Shown here piece by piece: positions 12,952-24,777 of a DNA stretch of 64,000 bases. The position numbers were made by a program, and so were the translations under genes. The notes under the pieces were generated by a model that was not told the DNA's origin, searched no databases, and was given only the letters and a program-made list of their open reading frames with translations. This DNA is from Bugula neritina (lineage: Eukaryota > Animalia > Bryozoa), in contig OZ037765.1 of assembly GCA_964035545.1 (NCBI GenBank), forward strand, positions 9,868,698 through 9,932,697, written 5' to 3'. Every line of letters begins with the position of its first letter. The first letter of the stretch is position 1.

Positions 12952-14406
12952 CTACAGTTTAGATTTCATAGAACAATTTGCTTGATTTTTTGTGAGCTCA
13001 GTTTCTAATACAGAAAAACCACTGACATTATCTTCCTTGTCCAACAGTTCAATCTGTGAATGCATCATATCCAGAGATAGACCCATGCCGATGTGAGTAT
13101 AACTTAGTTTGTTGAGTTGGTCATACACATTAGAAGTTATCATTCCAATTATTCCTCCAGATGTATCTAGAAACAGACCACCACTAGACCCACTGTGTAC
13201 TTTACAGGAAGTAATGATAGTGTGAAGATATTTTTCCGAACGTGATAAATTCATAACTATGCCTTTGGTTATTATAGCAGATCTTCCTTGTTCAAATATT
13301 CCAAAACCTTGGGCTATCACCTCTATTCCAACTTTAGCGGTTAATGCAGGTGATATAACCTTCATTTTTGGTAGTTCAGTGTCTAGTCGTAATACAGCAA
13401 CATCAAATGAATCTTTGTTTGAGCTTTTATAAGCAACATTCGCTCTAAAATCTCCCTGGTATGCTTTTACCCGCACAACTGTACTATGGTGATGGCCATC
13501 CAAAACATGAGCGCATGTTAGAATATACAATGGAGTAATAATAATTCCTGAACCCCACGTTGAACCAACTTTTAGTCTTACTAATCTAAAGCATGGCGAC
13601 CATGTGTTTGGTGATGCAAAATTCATATTAGATAACATTTTTAATGAAGTAGGCAATAAAGTTTTATTTGAATTAGCACAGCTTAGTTGGAGTGAACTGA
13701 TGATAGATTTAAATGAAACTATCAGGGAAAGGCCTGTGCACTCATCAGGTCTCCATATTACAGGATGAATAACCATTCCGACAACAGTCATTGACTTGCG
13801 GAGAAACACAACTCCTCCTTGCATTCCAGGAACACATGTGAGGTCACACAGATACAAGCCACATTCAGCTTCAACACATTTTGATACCAAACCAGCAGTC
13901 CAGGAGTTGAAAAAGGAATCCGCATAGTTGCTGCCAAATGGAGTAGAGCAAACTATCACTTCATCGCTAGTTCTAGGATCTTCTATTGAATTTATACATT
14001 TTAAAGTGTTGTGGCGATGACAACATGGAGCAATTTTTAATATAATAAAAGTTGACAGACTATTAATGTCTACCACTCCAGAATCATCAACAGAATTTGG
14101 AGTGATGCTTGATGTAGAAAACAAGTCATTCAAACTTTTGCAAAGGGGATGACATTTCCAGGATGTTACAACATCAGCTTTCAACCATTCCAAATTTCCC
14201 AAATTGTTTTTTATTATAACCTCAAAGTTACCATCAGAATTAAAACCATTTTGGTCATCAAAATTCAATAGACAGCCAGGTGCTAGTATATGAGTAGGTG
14301 ACAAAAGTAAGGCTGAACAACTGGTGCTGTCATGCTCATCGAGAGAGTTAGCATGATGAATTACCACACAAGTAGTTTCATAATCAGAAAGATCCTGAGA
14401 AAGCAT
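12952..14406 (-). CDS. TYSND1: Peroxisomal leader peptide-processing protease (trypsin-like), single-exon CDS, 484 aa
   Basis: Two trypsin-like domains; STPFG motif in the first; WGSG, LTCAHVL (His), FDVAVL (Asp), VHSGSSGG (Ser) in the second; C-terminal PTS1 SKL. Confidence 0.9.
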   Translation of the reverse strand: MLSQDLSDYETTCVVIHHANSLDEHDSTSCSALLLSPTHILAPGCLLNFDDQNGFNSDGNFEVIIKNNLGNLEWLKADVVTSWKCHPLCKSLNDLFSTSSITPNSVDDSGVVDINSLSTFIILKIAPCCHRHNTLKCINSIEDPRTSDEVIVCSTPFGSNYADSFFNSWTAGLVSKCVEAECGLYLCDLTCVPGMQGGVVFLRKSMTVVGMVIHPVIWRPDECTGLSLIVSFKSIISSLQLSCANSNKTLLPTSLKMLSNMNFASPNTWSPCFRLVRLKVGSTWGSGIIITPLYILTCAHVLDGHHHSTVVRVKAYQGDFRANVAYKSSNKDSFDVAVLRLDTELPKMKVISPALTAKVGIEVIAQGFGIFEQGRSAIITKGIVMNLSRSEKYLHTIITSCKVHSGSSGGLFLDTSGGIIGMITSNVYDQLNKLSYTHIGMGLSLDMMHSQIELLDKEDNVSGFSVLETELTKNQANCSMKSKL

Positions 14407-15267
14407 TCTTTAGACACTTCTTGACCTAAAATTCATAATATTAATTTAAATTCAAAATATTATCATATGCAATTTATAAGCATAAATAAATTAATACACA
14501 CAATAAATATAATATATGACTGGTTATAATTAACATCAGTAATGTAACATACTATACTATGGTCAAAACAATATGCTTTATTAGATGACAAAATGCAGTT
14601 AGGATTAGCCTGAGTAGAGTAGGTTTTTACCTCATATTCAAATTTAAATTGAATTAACAGACTCAACTGTAAGTGAGTCTAAATTAGCAAACTTCAAGCC
14701 TCCATCTAGCATCTTTTTCTTTTACACACATGACTCTTGATAGAACATATTTTAGTAGTGAAGTTCAGTTTTCAAACACCAAAAGGATAGGAATGAGCAG
14801 AGCAAGACCTAAAATCAGTACAAGGATGTTCCATATTATAGAGAAACAAATGGCCGAATAGCTGCAATAAAGGTTTAATAAAAAAGAAATAATTTAATAC
14901 AATTTTTGAGCACTGATCTAAAGCTAATGACACAAAACCTGTTGCTGTAATAGTTATAGACTTATATTACCAGTTATTTTCATTAGAATTTTACAACTAC
15001 AATAGAACAAAGAAAATGGGTTTTGACAAAAGCTTAACCTGTAAATGTGTATCGGGTCAAACTAATTTTCTAATAGTGGACACTAAATCAAAGTGATAGC
15101 AGATTTTACAACTTGAAATACTGTATATTTCAAGTGTGGAAGCATTATGATTATCCTTATGGTAACGATCACCATCATGAGACTGAGCAGACAATAGTAC
15201 GACAAGTGCTACTAGCATTATACCTAGTAACACCACAGCAAATATTAACACTAATAGCAAAATAAAT

Positions 15268-15319
15268 TCTACTACTGCTACTACTACTACTACTGCTACT
15301 ACTACTACTACTGCTGCTG

Positions 15320-15369
<50 letters not shown>

Positions 15370-15668
15370 GCTACTACTGCTACTACTACTACTACTACTA
15401 CTGCTACTACTACTACTACTACTACTACTACTGCTACTACTGCTACTACTGCTGCCGCTGCCGCCACCGCTGCTGCTGCTGCTACTCCTGCTACTGCAGC
15501 TACTACTACTGCTACTGTTGCTGCTACTACAACTACTACTACTGCTGCTGCTACTACTACTGCTGCTGCTACTACAACTACTACTACTGCTGCTGCTACT
15601 ACTACTGCTACTGCTGCTGCTACTAGGTCTAGAGTTGATACTAATACTAATACTGCTACTACTACTAG
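15268..15668. repeat. Compound (CTA/CTG)n trinucleotide microsatellite in the TYSND1 5' intron
   Basis: About 400 bp of CTA, CTG and a few CCG/CCA triplets. Confidence 0.97.
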
Positions 15669-16015
15669 TGCTAATAAGTAATAGTAATAACAGTATTAAC
15701 TGTTCTTCTTATCACAAACGTACGTGTTTGATACTTGATAGTGCTTTACTAATAACAATAACTAGCAAGTTTCCCATGCACCTACACTTTAAGTTTCAGT
15801 TCGACTTATAGCTGTTATAATAATAAATTATAAGTTATAACCATAATGATAATCATAATGATGAGGTACTGGTACTGGTAGTTTAAGCAGATTTCCATTT
15901 GACTCTTTATAACTAACTCCTAAACAATAATATAGTATGTAAATTGTACTGTATAGTATATAATTGTTATACTAATTATCTGAAAACAAAATTGATAGTT
16001 ATCAGTTACCCTTAC

Positions 16016-16165
16016 CAGCGTAGAAAGTCTTATAATTTGTATAATTTGAAACCGCGTTGGCTGTACCTATTTAGTGATTGAAGGACTGCAAGGACTATAG
16101 AAACAGGAAACGGCCTACGCCCTCGCGAACACGACGGTCGTTCTCTTGCGAGACCTTCAACTTTG
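16016..16165 (-). promoter_or_regulatory. Probable TYSND1 promoter and non-coding first exon
   Basis: CpG cluster (CGGCCTACGCCCTCGCGAACACGACGG); minus-strand donor CTG|GTAAG at ~16015; acceptor TTTTAG at ~14425 just before the ATG. Confidence 0.55.
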
Positions 16166-18033
16166 AGGGTGAAAATGCAGATTTGTTGTATTCCATTTTA
16201 GTGGTGTGCATCAGACGAATTATTAATATAAATTATATAATTCTAAAGTGCTTCTGCATTCAATGCTCACCTTGTTCGTTGCCATAAACAGCGATGTACA
16301 TATGAAAAAACATTATTCTAATTTCTATTCTATTCTGTGTATCTTCTGTTGGAGTTTAGTGGCAAGTGTGTAATCCTTACCATTCATTTCATACAGTATA
16401 ACTGTATAAGCATATGAACTATAACAACACATGTTTGTCATATTGGACTACACATATTACATAGGTATTTTGCTCAACATTTTTCTGAGCTAAACATGCA
16501 AAGTTTTAAAAAGTTTGTATCATATATGTACAAAATATGCAAGTTCCCTAAACACAACAATTAATAGCTATGCATTATATAGCGAGTGGTGGATAAGCAG
16601 GTCGAAAGGGTATTAATTTTCTACATGCCGTCTGACATTATATTAGTAAAAACTTACAGCCCTGGCTGCATGGTCATGTTAATTAGCCCTCCCTACTTCC
16701 AACAAAAGCAGCCCAATCACAGAAACAGAAACTGATGAAAATATATTACAATGGCAATTTTCTAATACAAAAGCTATCTTGCTGGCAAAAATTGAAGTAT
16801 TATTTAAGAACTTCTGTATTCTTGGAAGTAAGTCATTCTCCCAGAAATAGGACTACTCAGTTACATTTCTCATCTATAACACTATTTGTTTTCATTTTTC
16901 CATTACTGTAGGTACTTACCGCGCCTCCATTTAGTAGCGGTAGTAGAACTACTTTGTTTGTAGCTCTATGACATGTCTATAATCATTTCATTTTCGAAAT
17001 CTAGAACTGTACTTCCAGAACTGCATATGGACATTACTAATTACTTTAAATCTATGTTATCTGTAAAGAGAGAACTCTCTAAATTAATATACCTATAGTT
17101 GGTGGATTTTTTCAATAACTATGACTTAAACCGTAGTTATTTAAGTTTTCTGGCACATATTGTACAAATTGCATGCTCAATTTTATGTAGATTATAGGTT
17201 AACCAATAGTTGCAATCAAATATATTATGCTCTTAATTAGGAAGATAGTTAGCCCTACAATAACCAGTCTACATTTTTGGGAATTGTCCAGCATTACATT
17301 TTCATGGTCAGACAATTTTCAGTTACTAGAGTCATTGTTTACACAAGTTAACCTTCGATAGGTTGCAGCTGGCATACAAGCAATATGTTACATGAATAAA
17401 ATAATGTTCAGTCAACATTGCAAGCTTTTAAATAACTTCTGTAGGCACAAAGGTTTAGTGCTGTATTTATATTTTACTATTACTATGCAAGAAGCTGCAG
17501 TATGGCACTGGTTGAAAATTTCCTTGAATAAAATTCTATCAGCAAGATTGCTGAAATTTGGCCAACTATAAGCTGTACCAAAGAGTGAATGCAATTATAT
17601 GACTACTTTTTCAAACATAATTTCTTTAAAAAATATAATTATTAAAACCATTATTGACTTATATCATATGTTCAAGATTTTCAATTATTTTTAACTTTTT
17701 GAATGTCAACTATATCAGTGAAGATAATCACCCAATTGATGCCAGGTACTCAGTACCAACATGTATTTTAGCAACAATAAGCTGAAACAGATTATTAGCA
17801 CTTTTAAATCTTTTTTGTAATCAAAGATAAATCATGTACAAATAAAACTAAGTCGAAAAACTTGAAATAGAAAAATTGATTGCATAAATAAGGTGAGGCA
17901 TTAACATAATCTAAAGGCAACCATCATAAGACACTCTGCCAATAAGTATTTGCAGTAAACATAAACTAACAACAATTAGAGATATAAACTATATAAAAAT
18001 AATCAAATGTTAGCAGCCATCATTCCGAACTAA

Positions 18034-21000
18034 TTACTTTAAAAACACATCAATGACATTTTTAATAAGCCAATCCTCATCAACTTGAAGATGATCTCCA
18101 ACAGTAGCCAAGAAGTGTAACCGCCCTGTAGCATTCATAGCTTGAAGTCCCAGCCAATCTTCCTTGTACAAATCCGTTTCAAATAATGACAAAACTTTCT
18201 CAGTTGAGCCATCTTCGTATTTTCCAAACCACTTTAAATAATAATTACTCAGTTTATAGGCCGTAGTAAAGACACTCAAAAGCAGAATAACAAATTATAA
18301 AGGGGAAGCAGCATTATTTTTTTACACAAATTTCATACTAACTTTTATGATAAATATCTAGACAGCAACATAACCACGAGATGTTTACAACAAGCTTTAA
18401 TACAATTAGAACACCTCATCAACACCAATCACCTATCAACAATGCTTCAAAGCCACTTGGTACTGCCTAGCATTTTAAACTCAAAATTTCCTAATTTCTA
18501 TTTTAAAGTCGGCTTGCATTAATATCCAACATTCATAAACTCTTGTACTCTGACTATGAGCTTTTTGTGAAAGTATATCACAGCAGGCAACTGTTAAGAT
18601 TCTTTTATTAATTTTTTTCTACTGTAATAATACTAAGATGATAGCTTTCTCAAATAATAAAGTCAAACTCACCTCGCTGTCTTTCGGCTGAACCATGGTA
18701 TCCTCAGTGAACTTTATCATTACAAAGTTCTTCAGAGTTTGCAGATTGGTCTTATAAGTCTGGTTCTTTTTCTATAAAATTCACAAAATTGCAGGCATTT
18801 TAAAATCAAATTAAATAAATACAAAGTTCTGAAAAACTCTAAAATAAAACTTGAAGTCTCACATTTTCATTATTGATATCAGCCAGAAAGACACTGGCTT
18901 CCTTGTACTCTTCTTGGTTTAGCGGGTCATTCCAGTATTCCGCCTGCACTAGACTGAAATATAACAAAGTAAAAGTTAGTTTTATAATGTGTGTTTCAGT
19001 GGTAAAATGGCAAGCAGCATTCTGAGACAGTGAAAGAGGCAGCTTGGCATTATGATACCAATAATTGGAACTAGCAAAGCCTTGAGAAATTTGGTTCAGT
19101 AAAATTTTTACTACATGAAAATATCATAAATGAGTATTAAGAGAAGAGAATGAAAATGAGATGCTTTATTTCTATTTGAAATGTGCTGTAACACAAAAAT
19201 TACTTTGTAAAAATCATCAAAACAGACCCGCACATTGTAGAACAGAACACAACACTTACTTGTCTTGAACAATGCTTACGTAGGCACCTAGGTTGAGGAG
19301 CTTTCTGGCCCAGTCACACAAAGTAGCATTATCACCAGGACATCGAGGAAACCCGTACACACCTGCAATCATTCTTAGTAGTGAACTACGCAAACTTCTA
19401 ACAAATAACCTAAAATTATAGACTCTAAACCTCGTGGGGCAGAAAAGAACCAGAAGATAACTAGCTATGAGGACAGAGCTATAAAGTTAGAGTTGTCCAT
19501 TATGATACATTACACAACAACATTACCTTGGTGTTGGCCCCCAACTGAGATCAGATTCTTCATAGGAGGGCTAGGACATCTCTGGACTAGTGCCCGCAGA
19601 AATTGACCACCCTGAGAGAAACCCACGGCATTGTAACCATCCTTCAACTTGGGGTCTGATTGCACTTGATCACACACCATAGCGATTTGCTTGTTAGCAT
19701 TCATGAAAAACCCATTTTCCATGTCCTGAAGAAACATTAGACTTTGGAAAAACTATACAAATACACGATGAGCGAATACCTTTAACCTTCATTCCTGTAA
19801 AGGCCATTTGTAATACACAACACAGCATCTCACTGAAATAACCGAACTGAATTCTTGAATTGAAATTCCTATATTTTAATACCAAAGCAAAGAGAGGCAG
19901 GAAAATAAGGCAGTTTTCAAAAGAGATTGATGCAGTAACCAATACGCTAGTCTTTTTATAAACGTAGCTGAAACTTAGCAACATGCACGGAAGTGGTAAT
20001 CTGGCGAGATTCGTAAAAGAAAAGGTGTATTAAATTTCAAAGTATATAAACTTTTGTTATAATATTGTTAAGACAAAAATGAAGTGCTGTAGGGTAAGCT
20101 ATATATTATAAATATAATACATCCACAATGTTGCTTCCTATCATGAGTGACTTGACGTAAACTCCAGAAACTTCTCTCTCAAACAGAGACTTGATGCTGC
20201 CCATGCTGATGGGGTTGCAACAACTGTCTCCTAAAATACAAGCACACAATTATTTGCATTGGACCACAAAAGTAATTCTAATTTTAGTTCACAACGTAGT
20301 CTAAAAATACTTCACCTCTACCCCTTTTGTGTAAAATGGTCACCAGAAGAATACTTTATTAAATTTTTTTCAAGCAAATATGCTTTTCAATTAATTAACA
20401 GATAATTAATCATGCTGCCTCCCCAAATAATTTCATAAATAAGCCCAGGACATACTCTACTATTTCACATAATACAAAGCAGTCTATTATGTAATATCTG
20501 GCAAGAAGCTCATAAAGCTTGATAAGCTCACCAGACTAAACAATATTTGTAGCCTATCACTAAATAGTCATGTGGCAACTTATCCAGCTGTGATAACTCA
20601 GCCAGCTGTGGAAACTCAGTCAGCCAGCTAGTTTAAACAAAACTAAGCGATGGCTAAGATAAGAAGGCACCTATAACTTATAAACTTGCAATAAGTATAC
20701 TATTCTGAAAATTATAACTACATTTTAAGCTGCAGAACATGAATAAACAGGTAAATACTTCCATTATTGTTTTCCATATGATGCACATAAAGCAATAAAA
20801 TTTATGGAAAGCTACATAATATATCCCCACATACCTTCATTATAATATAGTCATTTATATATTTATCAAACCATATCATAAACAAGCTACAGCAACAGTG
20901 GATAGTATTTTTCTAAGTAAATAAAGAATGGGGGCTAAGAATAGCACTGAGCAAAAACAGTTTAACCTACTATACATGCATTGTAAAAATGCATGCAGCA

Positions 21001-21838
21001 ATAATATGCAAATACATTTTATTTTGGAAAAATTATGAACTAAATAACCACAGTAGACGCACTCAGCACAAATGGTATAAGGTAAACATGGTGGTGAGAT
21101 GTGACAGAAAAAAGCTGTTTTAGACTTCAGTCCCACCACTTTACACTTGATGAATGATATGATAAGTTGCAATGTTAAAATTTTTCTTCCTTTTTCCCTG
21201 AGTAAAACCAATGAGTATTATTACCAATCATATTGATATCATAATTAATAATCATTAAATTAAAGTGATCAAAAATAAAATACTTCAGCTTCAGGTTCAT
21301 GATAATGATTGGATGATTTAAAAAATAACTTTTACCAGATAAAACACAAGTCACTAGATTATTGGTTATATTCATATCGCAGTTGTTGTATTTATAACAA
21401 CTTAAATTTTATTAATCTTTATTAATATTATAATCATAAATAATATTAATTATTAATTATTATTATTAAATTTAATACGTTTACTCCCGCTGTCTCTTGG
21501 AGTTTTGTTCTTGTAGTTGTTGTAAATCAAAATTAAAAATCAACAACTACAAGTGCAAATAGCACAGCAGTTTCAAGTTTGCTAGTGTTTTAATTTTAGT
21601 CCAAGTTTTACAAATTTAAATTACTATTACATCACTGATCATCGAAAGTGAGTTTGAGACTGATCACATCATCATGATCAAAAGATGAAACAGAAATATC
21701 AATATTCAGATTGTGATTGTACAGTTATATCAACATACCCATTCCATGCCATATTACAATAGGCACTGGAGAATCAGCTGCTGTTAAAGCACCGCACAAG
21801 GCCGCAAAAAATGCATACCAGATATATTTTGCCTCCAT
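18034..21838 (-). CDS. PPT1: Palmitoyl-protein thioesterase 1 (lysosomal), 7 coding exons
   Basis: Exons approx. 21739-21838, 20122-20230, 19527-19725, 19260-19362, 18862-18954, 18673-18771, 18034-18231; signal peptide then [25 protein letters not shown] (catalytic Ser), [38 protein letters not shown]. Confidence 0.97.
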
Positions 21839-21869
21839 TGCTTCACTTGGAGTTTCTCAGTTTGAAGCT

Positions 21870-22360
21870 TACAGTTCATGTGACTACCGATCTTTCTTCG
21901 TCCACTCCGGTGCTTGCAGTTGAGTCACGTGATATAGCTCCATATAGCCGTGCCTGGACAAGGAAAATATCAAACAAAGACCGAACATCTGCTAGATCAG
22001 CGGCATCTATAAAAGACACAAAAATTGTGTTTTTAATAAAGTATAGTTTTTATCGAGCCAAGTATCATTGATATCATGAAAAGGACTCTCACTGATGCGT
22101 CATTCAAAATAAAGCTTTAGGGCTACAATACACTATTGGCCCATTAGTTAGCAACGTGATAGGTTGGTGTCTTATAGCGCGATTAGTCCACGAGATCAGG
22201 TTGTCTGCACGTGTATCGCAGCAGAATATAACATTTATAATATTATGCTGCTGCCATTCGGATAATCATTGTTCAGATCCAAGTATCGTTGTCGTGTGAA
22301 CCTCTCGTTCTCTAGCAGCCGGAATCCTTTGCTTTCATTAATTCGGTCAATTTTGTGGAT
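21870..22360. promoter_or_regulatory. Divergent promoter region for PPT1 and the adhesion GPCR, with CLEAR/M-box motifs
   Basis: TCATGTGAC at 21876-21884 and GTCACGTGAT at 21924-21933; CpG-rich through ~22350. Confidence 0.6.
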
Positions 22361-24415
22361 CTAATTGTCAACATTTTAAATGCAGCTAGGCTAAGGAATT
22401 CACTAAGACCTGGCTGGTATTGCTAATAATTAAATTTAATGAGTGATAGTGATACCGCCATACTCATAGTGTTAGTATTATAACCTGCAAAACTGGTTCA
22501 GGTTGCGCCAGATAGTGACATTCAAATTGTATGCTTAACTCTTGGAAATACAATAGGTTTATAGTAACTGTAAGAGTTGGAATAATAAGGTGATAGCAAT
22601 AATCGAAGAAGAACTGGAATACTAGATTAATCTTAATTCACAGGTGAGAAAATAAACATCTATAAAATATAGATATTTGACTAGTTTAAGTTAATCGCCC
22701 TAAGTGAAAAATCTCTGGGTTTACATTTTAATTAGCATAAAACATGAGTGAGGTTAGCTCTTACGATTTCTGCCCCACTGTACTATAACTATTTGGTCAA
22801 CTCTGAAAAAATTCGATTGAGCTGACTAAACTGGCTGCCTAATATAGTATCACTAAGTCTAATGGTATTATTGTAATAGTAGTATCATTATCAGTATGAT
22901 CATGGACATGATAATTTCCCTGACAACAACTTGGAGTTGGTAGAAATTGTTGGTTTGAGAGTAAATCTTAACCTTTCAAGTTCAAACTCTAAAACTCAGA
23001 CTCTTGTCACTAAGAGTAACTCAGTAAGTGACTTTACAGGCTTACTGTCTAACAGTAACACCCCAGGCCCAGGTCTTTGTGCACATATTAATATTTACAT
23101 ATTAATATATTTATATGTTTATATATGACATTTCTCAACAAACCAAGTAAAGTAATTAGCCGCCTAACTTTTATATTTTATTAGATGAACATCTAATTAC
23201 TATTAGTATGATATTGCAGAATATGGAACTGTTAGAGTTTAGACTAAGAGTAACTTGTTTAAACTAATTATAGGCAATTCAAGCTGTGCCCTTTTAATTT
23301 TTAGCATTCTGAAATTTAGTTTCTGAAATTGAAACTCAATTTTGCAGGTGTAATATAAATATTACGTAGAATGTTGAATGTAGATTGTAAGTTATTTTCA
23401 AAAATGTATGATGTATAATCATCTAGTTCAATGATAATATTGTTCTGGTATTGGAGCCAAAAAAACATTTAATATGCACATGAACAATCATCGTGGCACC
23501 AGAACTACAAGTGGCAATGCATTTTGAAAAGAAAGGCCGATTTTTAAGTATGCATGTAAATGCTATTTGTAATCAACTTTTCAAGTCTTGCCAACTTCCG
23601 GTTTCAGTTGATGCTATCAAATAAATGTTTCTATAAATTCCATTCAGCTGTGCCTGACAGAATGACTACAGAATTTGAAAATTCAGTGCTCTAAAGTTCA
23701 AATATTAGTCATCACTTAAAATATTATAATTTTTGTTCCGAATCTTGCTTAGTGACAAGAATTAAGTTCACCTTCTGCAATATTTTCAGTGATGTCACCA
23801 AGTACTGACCTCATATTGCAATTATGATATAAATAATTATTGCCCAAGTACTAAATTTATGCTTTCAATACCTTTTGCATCTAAACTCTATAGCACAATA
23901 TTTAGTATTCAAGATTAGATTGACAAACCACCAATTAAAATAAACACTCAACATATTATCTTAAAGTTTACTGATCTTTGACAAACCTCTGTAGGGTCTA
24001 TAAATTTCTAGTACTCAAAGCGCAATAATCTCTAGGTTACTATAGTTAGAGCTAAATCCAAAACTAAACTTAGATACATCAGCTTCTCTGGTTTTTCTAT
24101 TGTTACTCTTATTGCTTCATGCTGTGAGTTCACAAGGCTCATATCCTGATTTTTTCGCTATAGAAATTGAACTGTATAGAAGTGTTGTATTGAATTTGTT
24201 AGCTCAATGCTACTATACCTTCTTAGCTACTAAATCATACGTAACTGTGCATGGCTAATAATCTACGTACTATATACCATTTTGTGAATAAACTGCGGAT
24301 ATCCAGTGCCCCTCCCTTCTTTAATATTTTATTGTATCCTCTCAAATCTGATCAAGCTGGTTAAAAATTGGATCTTAAAAATCTTTACTATTCATTTGAC
24401 AAGTTGTAGTTTTCA

Positions 24416-24603
24416 GGGAGCTAAGGGTTAGAGCGTTTGCCTAGTAAGTTTGATCCCAACAAAGGCTGTTGGTGATGTTAGAAAGAGCATCTAGTAAAAA
24501 TTCCCCTGTGCCACATATGAATATGTCTTTAGCCCAATTTAACAAAAACCCCTTCCATCAGGGGTTTTCTCACAGGAATGGTGACTATAAATTTGCATGA
24601 GTG
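24416..24603 (+). mobile_element. tRNA-derived SINE, diverged copy with internal deletions
   Basis: GGGTTAGAGCGTTTGCCTAGTAAG ... GGTGATGTTAGAAAGAGCATC ... TTCTCACAGGAATGGTGACTATAAA. Confidence 0.85.
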
Positions 24604-24777
24604 ACATGTTGTATTTACATATAGAATGTAGTCCTAGCTGTTGCTGCTGGCAAGAAAGTCTTATGCTACTTGCAAGCCTGTATAATACTTACTGTGCTTT
24701 CTCAGTTGTGAGTTTTGGAAATTATGTTGTACTCTTGTAAACTTATACTTGTCTATACAGGCAGGGAGCCAATAATA

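Noticed and set aside
12952-14406. TYSND1 nested in an NCAPD3 intron
   Set aside because: NCAPD3 homology starts at ~9978 and it has its own promoter-like CpG/E2F cluster at ~11750, so the genes are tandem.
15057-15811. Poly-Val (136 aa) and poly-Leu (97 aa) ORFs
   Set aside because: Translations of the CTA/CTG microsatellite.
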